Shown: positions 8,714 to 16,715 of the stretch, piece by piece
How the letters are laid out: the number at the start of each line of letters is the position of its first letter
Position numbering within the stretch: position 1 is the stretch's first letter
Source: Dehalococcoidia bacterium
Lineage (GTDB): Bacteria > Chloroflexota > Dehalococcoidia > Lucifugimonadales > UBA2985
DNA: 64,000 nucleotides
Assembly: GCA_965247535.1 (NCBI GenBank)
Contig: OZ252018.1
Location: 885,046-949,045, forward strand
Reading direction: 5' to 3'
Notes under the pieces: model-generated
What the model saw: only the letters and a program-made list of their open reading frames with translations
Database searches by the model: none
What the model was told of the DNA's origin: nothing
Program-made: the position numbers and the translations under genes

Positions 8714-9007
8714 ATGTTTGAGTGGCTCAGGAGTCTTCTTCCCTTCGCAAGCAGCGAGATGTCCTGCATCAAGCTGAGGCAGTTGGCTTCGGAGTACCTT
8801 GACGGCGACATGGACGCCCGCACGCTGTGGCGGTTCCGCTTTCACATGGAACGCTGTGGCGGGTGCGGTGCCTTTGTCTCCACGCTTAGAGCCACAATCC
8901 AGACGCTCAACAATCTCCCCCCACCGGTCCCCGTCTCCGTCGACCTCAAGGAGAGAATCTCAGCCCAACTGCCCGGGAGCCCCGACGACCGGTCTACGAG
9001 ACCCTAA
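8714..9007 (+). CDS. anti-sigma factor, zf-HC2 type, short and without a TM segment
   Basis: 'C..LRQLASEYLDGDMD......FHMERCGGCGAFV' is the H-x3-C-x2-C zinc motif. The gene is divergent from the ECF sigma gene. The start could be 8714 or 8758. Confidence 0.65.
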   Translation: MFEWLRSLLPFASSEMSCIKLRQLASEYLDGDMDARTLWRFRFHMERCGGCGAFVSTLRATIQTLNNLPPPVPVSVDLKERISAQLPGSPDDRSTRP

Positions 9008-9040
9008 GGCTGGAACCTGGAGCGCGATCCGGCGGGCAGT

Positions 9041-9505
9041 TCAGCCGCTTGCCTCAAGAGCCTGATACTTCGATGGACACTTGACCAGAATGGCCTGAGT
9101 GTCGAATAGTCCGTCGGAGCCGTACGTACCCTCCAGCACAATCTCCGAGTGCTCGTTGAAGAACAGGTCAGGCACCAGCCCATCGTACATCGCGTTCATG
9201 GTCTGACCGCCATCCTCGGCGTCAGCAAGCGAGAAGTGGACCAGTGTGCCGCTCTCGCCTCGAACAAACGACGACTCAACCAGCTTGCCGCTCACCCTAA
9301 GGTTCCGGTCGTAGACCAATTCACCCCGATCGTTCAGCTCCCCCACCGTGAGATAGAAGGCGCTGGCCCCCTGGAATGCGATGAACGCCAGATACACCAG
9401 CGCTAGCACGAACACGCCCGCGACCACGAAGAGCTTGCCGCGGTGCGCGATTACGGACCGCTCCTCTAGTTGCACGGGTGGGACGTAGGACTGCGCTGTG
9501 TTCAT
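9041..9505 (-). CDS. ccmE: cytochrome c maturation heme chaperone CcmE, Cys-type (CxxxY) variant
   Basis: An N-terminal TM anchor is followed by an OB-fold-like body 'LRVSGKLVESSF..'. The C-terminal 'VKCPSKY' sits where canonical CcmE has HxxxY. Confidence 0.7.
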   Translation of the reverse strand: MNTAQSYVPPVQLEERSVIAHRGKLFVVAGVFVLALVYLAFIAFQGASAFYLTVGELNDRGELVYDRNLRVSGKLVESSFVRGESGTLVHFSLADAEDGGQTMNAMYDGLVPDLFFNEHSEIVLEGTYGSDGLFDTQAILVKCPSKYQALEASG

Positions 9506-9795
9506 GGCCGGTCAGAATCTCTCGTATCGAATGTCCGCTCACCGATTGTGCTTTCGTTCACTCTCGCATCATAACCCACTGGCATGCACAATTCAATCTC
9601 AGCCACTGCCGTTTTCCCAATAGCAGTGCCCACTGCAAGAGCTGCACCACCGTCTACCCCGTGCTGCCAACCTCAGCGACGCTGGGCTAGGCCCCCATCG
9701 AGGAGCCGGCGCACGACCGCCATCTGCCTGGTGGGGTTCGGCGAGACTGCCCTGTGCTAAAATAGAGAACACTCAAACTGATAGGTGAATGCCGC

Positions 9796-11418
9796 ATGCA
9801 GCCAATTTCAGAAATCGCCCGCAGCATGGGACTGGATGACTCCTGGGTGTTTCCGTACGGCCGTTACAAGGCCAAGGTGAGCCTGGACGCGATTCACGAC
9901 GGAGACCGCCGCGGCAAGCTTGTCCTGGTCACCGGCATGACTCCCACACCCGCCGGGGAGGGCAAGACCACGGTTGCGATAGGCCTTACTCAGGCACTCG
10001 GCCGGTTGGGCCGCCGGGCCGCGGCGACGCTTCGAGAGCCTTCGCTCGGTCCCATATTCGGGATTAAGGGCGGCGGCACGGGGGGTGGAGCTGCACGCGT
10101 GGTGCCGGAGGACGAGATCAACGTGCACTTCACCGGCGACGCGCATGCCGTGGCCTCAGCTCACAACCTTCTGGCGGCTCTGGCGGACAACACTGCACAG
10201 CGAGGCCAGTTGCCAGGTTTCCGCGCGGCCAACATTACCTGGCGCCGCGTGGTCGACATGGAGGACCGCGCACTGCGATCTGTTGTCACCGGCCTCGGTG
10301 GGTCCGCCAACGCTCCGGTACGCGAGTCCGGCTTCGACATTGTGACCGCGTCGGAGATTATGGCGATTCTTGCGCTTTCCACCGGGCCTGACGATCTCAG
10401 ACGCAGGCTCTCTGCAACCGTCATCGGCTTCACTTCCGAGGGCCAACCCGTGACTGCCGGTGACCTGAACGCCGTTGGCTCAATGATGGCACTCCTCAGA
10501 GACGCCATTCGCCCCAACCTCGTCCAGACGCAGGAAGGTCAGCCTGTTCTGGTGCACACCGGCCCATTCGGAAACATCGCCCACGGCTGCAACTCCGTGG
10601 TCGCCGACCAGCTGGCCCTTTCGCACAGCGACTACGTGGTGACCGAGGCCGGTTTCGGAGCGGACCTGGGCTTCGAGAAGTTCATGCACATAAAGGCCCG
10701 ATTTAACAATCTGGCCCCGAGCGCCGTGGTAATGGTCGTGACGGTGCGGGCAATCAAGCACCACGGCGGTGTGCGTGTCCGCGGGATGAACAGCCCCAAC
10801 ACAAGGGCCGTCTCGGACGGGATGTCCAACGTGGAGCACCTGGTGAGCGTGGTCAGATCGTTCGGGCTTCCGGTGGTCGTGGCAATCAACCACTTCCCCA
10901 CCGATACGCCCGACGAGGTGTCCATAGTGAAGGCGCGAGCCGAGGCTGCAGGAGCCGTGGCCGCCGTCGAGTGCAGCGTGTTCCGCGACGGAGGCGATGG
11001 TGGTGTTGATCTGGCGCAGGCCGTCCTGGACGCGTGTGACAGCGGTCCCCACTCCGTGCGCTACCTCTACCCGTTGGAGGCACGCATTGAGGACAAGGTG
11101 CTTGCACTTGCCCGCGGGGTCTACGGCGCCGGTGACGTGGAGTGGAGTGCTGACGCCCGCCGTCGCCTGCGCGCCTACGAGGAGCTGGGATGGGGCGACC
11201 TGCCCGTGTGCATGGCGAAGACTAACCTTTCGATCTCCCACAACCCGCGGCTGATGGGAAGGCCCTCGGGCTACACGTTCCGCGTCACCGACGTACGAGC
11301 GTCGGTGGGCGCCGGCTTCATCTACCCCGTCTCCGGCGCAGTATCGACCATGCCTGGCCTACCCGGCACCCCCAGGACGCTGGACGTGAACGAGGAAGGG
11401 CGCATTACCGGCGTATAG
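9796..11418 (+). CDS. fhs: formate--tetrahydrofolate ligase
   Basis: 540 aa with 'TPTPAGEGKTTVAIGL' and 'EPSLGPIFGIKGGGTGGG', typical FTHFS motifs. Confidence 0.95.
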   Translation: MQPISEIARSMGLDDSWVFPYGRYKAKVSLDAIHDGDRRGKLVLVTGMTPTPAGEGKTTVAIGLTQALGRLGRRAAATLREPSLGPIFGIKGGGTGGGAARVVPEDEINVHFTGDAHAVASAHNLLAALADNTAQRGQLPGFRAANITWRRVVDMEDRALRSVVTGLGGSANAPVRESGFDIVTASEIMAILALSTGPDDLRRRLSATVIGFTSEGQPVTAGDLNAVGSMMALLRDAIRPNLVQTQEGQPVLVHTGPFGNIAHGCNSVVADQLALSHSDYVVTEAGFGADLGFEKFMHIKARFNNLAPSAVVMVVTVRAIKHHGGVRVRGMNSPNTRAVSDGMSNVEHLVSVVRSFGLPVVVAINHFPTDTPDEVSIVKARAEAAGAVAAVECSVFRDGGDGGVDLAQAVLDACDSGPHSVRYLYPLEARIEDKVLALARGVYGAGDVEWSADARRRLRAYEELGWGDLPVCMAKTNLSISHNPRLMGRPSGYTFRVTDVRASVGAGFIYPVSGAVSTMPGLPGTPRTLDVNEEGRITGV

Positions 11419-11455
11419 AGAGGAGCCGGGTCCCGTATCGCGTCAATAGAAGATG

Positions 11456-12060
11456 TTACCGGGCAGTAGGTTGGTGCTCCATAATTGATGTTATCGGGAG
11501 GTGGTGGTCTGGGTGCGGGTCTGCGGTGTCCCACAGGGCTTCCAGGGCCTTGTTCAACCGGGTTGCGTAGCGATGTGCGGGGTTGAGAGACCTATAGAGA
11601 CCCTGGAGGCTGACTTTGTGCTCTTCGGATAGCACATTGAGGGCCAGGAGTCTCTGGTAGGGCGTCTTGGCGGTGTCGTAGACCTTGCGTACGCGGGCGC
11701 CCTGGCGACTCTTGTACAGGAGCTTCATAACGGGGAGGAAGAAGTTGTGCAGGAGTCCTGCCAATCGGTGCAATTCCTGGAAGCGCTCGAAGGCCACCCG
11801 CGTAGAGTAGCGGTCATAGCCCACGTGACGCCTGACGGCCGCCCAGTTCTTCTGTTCCACGAGGGCGTTGTCGTTCTTCTTGTAGGGACGGGAGCGACTC
11901 AGCCGGATCCCCTGTTGCTGGCAGTAGGCGAACAAGTGGTGGTTGATGAACTCGCCGCCGTTGTCGGCGTGGAGGTCCAGGATGGGGAATGGCAGAGCGC
12001 GAGCCATCTCGTGCACGGCGGCTCCTACCCGCTCCTGGCCCTTGCCCCACACCGCGCGGC
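11456..12060 (-). mobile_element. 5'-truncated DDE (rve/integrase-core) transposase remnant
   Basis: 'DLHADNGGEFINHHL..SRSRPYKKNDNALVEQKNW' supplies the second D and the E of a DDE triad. The N-terminal half is missing. The first 27 codons of the track ORF are antisense read-through of the adjacent midA fragment. Confidence 0.7.
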
Positions 12061-12061
12061 G

Positions 12062-12528
12062 GCCCATCCTGCTTTCGGCGCTCTCCTGGCCGTGCAGGTC
12101 AGGCAGCTCTGGGAGCTCATGGGATCGCCGTCGCGGTTCCATGTCGTCGAGGTGGGCGCGGGCTGACGGTTGCGGGATTCACCACGCAGCGTGAGTTTCT
12201 GCTGAACCTTGGCCTGGGCGGCTTGGTCGAATCGCTGGCGGGCATGGGGCTCTCGCAGAGGGAGAGGGATTCCAATCGCATGGGCATGCTGGAGCTTGCA
12301 AAGCCGGGCGGTATGGGAGACTTCCGCGTGATGGCGCAGGCGAGGGGACTGGAGGGAGGCCTCGAGCTGCTGGGATTCTCGCCGGATAGCGTCATGCGGA
12401 AGGGCACGACTGCCGCGCCAGAGTTGCCACCCGCGCCGCTGCTGACGTCGCGGCACCTGGACCTGATGGCGGGCCGCTATCCGCACCTTGGGTGGGAGTG
12501 GGAGGGCATGTGGCCGGAGACGGAATGA
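12062..12528 (+). pseudogene. second, inverted midA copy: 5'-truncated, with an internal 604-bp deletion and a frameshift
   Basis: 12062-12163 encodes 'AHPAFGALLAVQVRQLWELMGSPSRFHVVEVGAG' and 12163-12528 encodes 'LTVAGFTTQREF...GMWPETE*'. Both match the intact MidA at 309-1589. The two blocks join at a GCGGGC microhomology and are in different frames. Confidence 0.85.
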
Positions 12529-12880
12529 GGATAGGGGCGGGCGCCCCTCATTTCCGCCGGGCCCTTGGTTTGGCAACAGCGAGCGGAAGAGCTGTCATTG
12601 CCTAATGGCTGCTCGGTTCTGGATCATCCAGCTCGCCTGGCACAGACTGGGATACTGGTTGGAACCCCCTGGGGTGGGGCAGCTTAGCCACCAGTGCTAA
12701 GGAGTCCATCTGAGCGCCGGTCAAGCGAGTGTGCATCGGAATCCACAACTAGTAGGGTTAAAGCACTGCCGGCGGCAGATCAACGGCCTATGATCGCGCG
12801 GGAACGAGTGAGGCCCAGACCGCACTTGACCGGAAGAGAATCGGCCAGAAGCTTGACGAGATTCTCGTCGTCTACCGGAG

Positions 12881-12909
12881 TCTAGAATAACCTTCTTGAG
12901 TGATATAAT
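12881..12909 (+). promoter_or_regulatory. candidate extended -10 promoter upstream of the ABC transporter genes
   Basis: TGaTATAAT (hexamer at 12904-12909) with a weak -35 TCTAGA 17 nt upstream. Confidence 0.3.
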
Positions 12910-13127
12910 CGCCGCGGTGAAAGCGACCCCATGAGAAGGCTGCTTCCAGAAGACTATCCCTCACAAGGATTCTTGCGAGCCGTCCTCGGAGGCCGCTCAG
13001 TTGGTTGCCCTGTTGCGAAGCTCACAGTCACGCGGGTGACTCACAACTCCCCGCTGGTGAGTACCGAACCATCGGGCCACGAGCCTCAATCCCTTTACAT
13101 GCAAAGTAGTTTGTCTGGAAGTGCCGA

Positions 13128-14303
13128 ATGACCATGCTTCGCAACCTGACGAGGCGGAAACTGCGCACCGCGCTGACCATCGGCGGAATTGCTGTTGGGA
13201 TGTGGGCACTTGTGGTAATGGCGGCAATGGCCAACAAGCTAAGCGCCCTAGTTGAAGGCGGCGCCACGTACTTTGAGGACAAGGTCTTGGTTAGCGACGA
13301 GTCGAACACCGCCTTCTCAGTAGGAAACACACCTCTGCCCATAACCATCGTCCAACAGATCGAACGGGTGCCGGGCGTGGCCGTCGCAGTGCCACGCGTA
13401 CAACTGCTCATGAACCCTGACGACCCGAGCTATACGTTCCAACGGCCAGCCACTGTCGTGGGGTACAACACAGGGGCTGATCAAGGGCATGAAACGTTCC
13501 CTTTGGAGATTGCACAGGGGCGGGCTCCGTCGGCGGAAGACGAGGGTCAGAGGGTGGCGTTCCTCGGCTCAGAACTAGCCGCAGAGTTCGACAAGGGAGT
13601 GGGGGACACCGTCCGAATACGCGGGAGTGAGTTCACGGTCATCGGCGTGGGACAGACAACGTTGACGTCCTTCGACAAATCTCTAGTAGTCCCTCTCACG
13701 GCCGGACAGGAGATACTGGCGAAAAAGACGCCAGTGCTGGCCGGGGGAGGCTTGGAGCCCGGTCAGTTGACATCCATCTTTGTGGTGTACCCTGAGGATG
13801 GGGTGAACACCGTCTCTCTAGCGGAACAGATAGAAGAGAACATTCCGGGTGTGCGGGCCGACACCAACATCGACTATGGCGATCAGTTCCGGTCGTCACT
13901 GGCGATTTTCAACGGAATTGTCCTGAGTGTGGCGCTGATCAGTGTGCTGGTCGGCGGTCTGACCGCCTTCAATACGATGACAATGAGCGTAACGGAACGT
14001 GTTCGAGAAATTGGTATCAAGCGCGCTATCGGGGCCTCACAAGGCCGGATCATGCGGGAGATGCTGTCAGAAGCAGCTGTCGTTGGCCTGGTAGGTGGCA
14101 TTCTCGGGGTGACGGGGGGAGCCGTTTTCGTTTACGGAGCCAACCAGATCGGTGAAGCTTCAGGGACAGTGATATTTCTGCTGACTCCAGGAATCGCCGT
14201 CTTCGCCGTAGGCTTTTCCACAATACTCGGGTCTGTAGCTGGAGTGGTGCCGGCATGGAAGGCCTCAGGCTTGGACCCAATTGAGGCGCTGAGGTATGGA
14301 TAA
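13128..14303 (+). CDS. ABC transporter permease, FtsX/MacB-type
   Basis: The N-terminus 'LRNLTRRKLRTALTIGGIAVG' forms TM1. A ~250-aa extracytoplasmic domain follows, then a C-terminal FtsX block 'ERVREIGIKRAIGASQGRIM' and three TM segments. Confidence 0.85.
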   Translation: MTMLRNLTRRKLRTALTIGGIAVGMWALVVMAAMANKLSALVEGGATYFEDKVLVSDESNTAFSVGNTPLPITIVQQIERVPGVAVAVPRVQLLMNPDDPSYTFQRPATVVGYNTGADQGHETFPLEIAQGRAPSAEDEGQRVAFLGSELAAEFDKGVGDTVRIRGSEFTVIGVGQTTLTSFDKSLVVPLTAGQEILAKKTPVLAGGGLEPGQLTSIFVVYPEDGVNTVSLAEQIEENIPGVRADTNIDYGDQFRSSLAIFNGIVLSVALISVLVGGLTAFNTMTMSVTERVREIGIKRAIGASQGRIMREMLSEAAVVGLVGGILGVTGGAVFVYGANQIGEASGTVIFLLTPGIAVFAVGFSTILGSVAGVVPAWKASGLDPIEALRYG

Positions 14304-14312
14304 AGGCGAGGC

Positions 14313-15005
14313 ATGGTTCTCCTCATAGCCCGAAACCTCCGCAAGACCTACCGCGTCAGTCGGCACAATGTGGTGCAGGCTTTACGGGGAGTGGATGTGA
14401 CAGTTGACGCTGGGGAAATGCTGGCGATCATGGGACCGTCAGGATCGGGCAAAAGCACCCTGATGCACATCCTGGGCCTTCTGCAATTGCCCGATGAAGA
14501 TACCGACTGTCCCCCGAGCCTGCTGCTCGACGTTATGGACGTGAGTAAGCTGCCGGACCGAGTGCGAACAAGGATACGAGCGGAACGGATAGGATTTGTT
14601 TTCCAGGCTTTCAATCTTGTTCCCTCACTAACGGCCGCGGAAAATGTTGCGCTACCAGCCGAGTATGCGGGTCAGCGGCGCTCAGCAGCTCGCTTAGCCG
14701 CCGCGGAGGCACTGAAAGCGGTGGGCATGGATAGCCGGGCGGGACATCGTCCCTCGGAGCTATCCGGCGGAGAACAGCAACGAGTCGCCATCGCCCGAGC
14801 GTTGGTGACCCGGCCGACGCTCCTGCTGGCAGACGAACCAACCGGCAACCTGGACACGGACAGTACAGAGGATCTTCTGGAAGTCCTGCGTGGCTACAAC
14901 CTTGAGAGGCAGCAGACTATGGTCTTAGTCACGCACGACCCCCGAGTGGGCGACGCCTGTCAGCGGGTGCTAACGATGCGGGATGGGGTCCTGGAGAAAG
15001 GGTAG
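14313..15005 (+). CDS. ABC transporter ATP-binding protein (MacB/LolD-like)
   Basis: Walker A 'GPSGSGKST', signature '[15 protein letters not shown]' and Walker B '[12 protein letters not shown]' are all present. Confidence 0.9.
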   Translation: MVLLIARNLRKTYRVSRHNVVQALRGVDVTVDAGEMLAIMGPSGSGKSTLMHILGLLQLPDEDTDCPPSLLLDVMDVSKLPDRVRTRIRAERIGFVFQAFNLVPSLTAAENVALPAEYAGQRRSAARLAAAEALKAVGMDSRAGHRPSELSGGEQQRVAIARALVTRPTLLLADEPTGNLDTDSTEDLLEVLRGYNLERQQTMVLVTHDPRVGDACQRVLTMRDGVLEKG

Positions 15006-15143
15006 ATCCAGCAACTGGCGAGGCGCAGCTTGCCTTGCGAGACTGGACAGTCCGACTCTCGGTTTATCTTCGTCGGCTTTCCCCACGCAAGCGCTCTAGG
15101 CACGGCAACGCCTCTGCAGCTAACCCGAGCCTCCTGCTGTTCT

Positions 15144-15380
15144 ACCCCCTTTCTCTTCTTGACGACCCTGTTCCTGCCCCAGGAAGCAATGACGGACTGG
15201 CTGTCGACCGTGGCCGATTACAATCCGGTAACGTACCAGCTGGAAGCGATTCGGTCGCGAATAACCGTCGCCTGGGAGCCGGAGGTTCTGCTGATGGGTA
15301 TCGGGGTAGTGCTAATCGTCGGCGTGTCAGGCATGGGCCTGACGTTTGCAGCTCTAAAGGGACGCGCCACGAGTAGCTAG
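15144..15380 (+). pseudogene. C-terminal fragment of an ABC-2 type transporter permease
   Basis: 'FLPQEAMTDWLSTVADYNPVTYQLEAIR' plus a last TM segment matches the conserved ABC-2 C-terminus. No corresponding N-terminal ~200 aa is present. Confidence 0.5.
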
Positions 15381-16090
15381 CAGCCCAGCTTGCTCGCAAG
15401 TTCCTCGATGTCCGTGGCGTTAACATCGAAATCTGCTTCCGGAGCTACGTCCACATCAACGCTCGGCCCGAACTCGTGGGGCCTGGCAACGAATGCAGCC
15501 CTGAGGCCCACCGCCTGCGCCGACCTCAAATCACCCTTGTGGGCCGCCACCATCATGACCTCCTCCGGAAGCAGGCCCAAGAGTTCCGCTGCTCCCAGGT
15601 AGGTCTCCGGGTCCGGCTTGTAGCGCCTCATCAGCTCAGCGGAGAGGATGCAGTCCCAGAGCAGGCCCGCGTGCTTGGCCATGTTGGTGAGCAAGGCCAC
15701 GTTGCCATTGGAAAGGGTGGCTACAATGAAGCGTTGGCGCAAGCGGGTCAGGCCGGCCACGGAGTCCGGCCACGGCGCGAGCCTGTGCCACACCCGGTTC
15801 CAGTAGTCCTTCTCGTCTTCACTGAGCCCCGTGATGCCGAAGTCGTCAAGAAGGTCATCGAGGATCATGCGATGCAGCACGTCAATCTTGGTCCAAGGCA
15901 GCTCCCCGTTCCGCACCCGGGCCATTGCAGGCGCGTAGCCGGCCCGCCACCTGTCGGCGAACTCAGCCCAGTCGACGTCGATCCCCCTGGCCCTGCCCAA
16001 CTGCTCGCCCTCGCGGATGATGCTGCCGCGCCAGTCGACCACGGTCCCAAATACATCAAAGGTGAGGGCCTTGACACCCGATAGGTTCAC
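15377..16090 (-). CDS. haloacid dehalogenase, type II (HAD superfamily)
   Basis: 'ALTFDVFGTVVDW' is HAD motif I with the DVFGT pattern of L-2-haloacid dehalogenases. Also 'ATLSNGN' and 'YKPDPETY'. GTG start with a TAGGAGAC SD. Confidence 0.8.
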   Translation of the reverse strand: MNLSGVKALTFDVFGTVVDWRGSIIREGEQLGRARGIDVDWAEFADRWRAGYAPAMARVRNGELPWTKIDVLHRMILDDLLDDFGITGLSEDEKDYWNRVWHRLAPWPDSVAGLTRLRQRFIVATLSNGNVALLTNMAKHAGLLWDCILSAELMRRYKPDPETYLGAAELLGLLPEEVMMVAAHKGDLRSAQAVGLRAAFVARPHEFGPSVDVDVAPEADFDVNATDIEELASKLGC

Positions 16091-16142
16091 GGAAGTCTCC
16101 TAAGCCAGTGTCGCCTCAACGCTGAGCACCTCTACCGCCCCC

Positions 16143-16238
16143 TCACACGCCGGAAGCGCTCAGCTGCTCCTTGAGCAACTGTACCGCGGCTTCGATGCCG
16201 TCGGGGTGGTCGAAGACGGCCGTGCCTGCCACCACCAT
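16143..16238 (-). pseudogene. displaced relic of the rpe 3' end (direct repeat of 17197-17292)
   Basis: It encodes 'VVAGTAVFDHPDGIEAAVQLLKEQLSASGV*', against the rpe C-terminus 'VVAGSAVFDHPDGIEAAVRLLKERLGASGE*'. Ungapped identity is 85/96 nt, with a 40-nt perfect core (16183-16222 = 17237-17276). Confidence 0.85.
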
Positions 16239-16239
16239 G

Positions 16240-16440
16240 CTATTTGGCACGTTGGGCTATCAACGCCCGAACAGCTGGCACTAGTTCTCTGGGTACCTCC
16301 ATGACAACCTGCGTGGAGTCCTCGAAGGTGGCCTCGTCCTCTGCAACGGCTTCTTCCTCGGTCAGCGAATTGTAGTGCTGGAGGACCAGTTGAACGCGGT
16401 TCTCGTCCCACCCGGGCGGGAAGTTGGATTTGTTCTTCAT
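16240..16440 (-). CDS. putative antitoxin (small acidic protein, unassigned family)
   Basis: 66 aa: 'MKNKSNFPPGWDENRVQLVLQHYNSLTEEEAVAEDEATFED..EVPRELVPAVRALIAQ'. Its ATG overlaps the TGA of the upstream toxin-like ORF (ATGA). Confidence 0.5.
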   Translation of the reverse strand: MKNKSNFPPGWDENRVQLVLQHYNSLTEEEAVAEDEATFEDSTQVVMEVPRELVPAVRALIAQRAK

Positions 16441-16715
16441 CTTCCTCTCCTCCTCATTCGCCTTCGAAAGGCGGCGAGTGGTGTTCCTCTCAACTCGTAC
16501 GCTGTGATCACGAAGACCTGGTCGGGCACTGGATCTGGCACATAGATGACTCGGAGCAAGCACCCGTTGGAGGTCCGTCCCATGGCAACTCGTGATCCTT
16601 CTCGGCCGGGCCGGTCCTCGCTCGGAGACGCCATGACATCCTGAACTTCACCCTCCGTTATCCCGTGGGTCAGAATGTGAGCTAGGCCCGTTTCCTGGTC
16701 AATGTAGAACCTAAC
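16437..16715 (-). CDS. BrnT-like (DUF497-like) toxin candidate lacking a canonical start codon
   Basis: '(V)RFYIDQETGLAHILTHGITEGEVQDV...GRTSNGCLLRVIYVPD..VFVITAYEL' has the BrnT-type layout. A GAGAGGGTGAG SD lies 7-8 nt upstream of a GTT codon at the expected start, and an in-frame TGA lies 12 nt further up. Confidence 0.45.
   Translation of the reverse strand, partial: VRFYIDQETGLAHILTHGITEGEVQDVMASPSEDRPGREGSRVAMGRTSNGCLLRVIYVPDPVPDQVFVITAYELRGTPLAAFRRRMRRRGR

Noticed and set aside
9560-9795. A possible ZTP (pfl) or THF riboswitch upstream of fhs, suggested by 'GACCGCCATCTGCCTGG', which is reminiscent of the ZTP 3' core GGACCGCCTGGGC.
   Set aside because: The match is interrupted by a 5-nt insertion. 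The 5' sub-domain core (GGGTCGTGACTGGCG) is absent. The only promoter-like element (TGcTAAAAT at ~9754) lies downstream of the segment.
12780-12881. The minus-strand peptide 'TPVDDENLVKLLADSLPVKCGLGLTRSRAIIGR*', resembling the start of a response-regulator receiver domain (..VDDE..).
   Set aside because: It is only ~33 codons, preceded by an in-frame stop and followed by a stop. The VDDE-type match is too short to distinguish from chance.
12931-13131. A 66-codon ORF whose stop overlaps the ABC permease start, considered as a real small protein gene.
   Set aside because: It has no convincing SD and a composition unlike that of neighbouring genes, and I recognise no motif. It is mentioned in a finding but not called as a feature.
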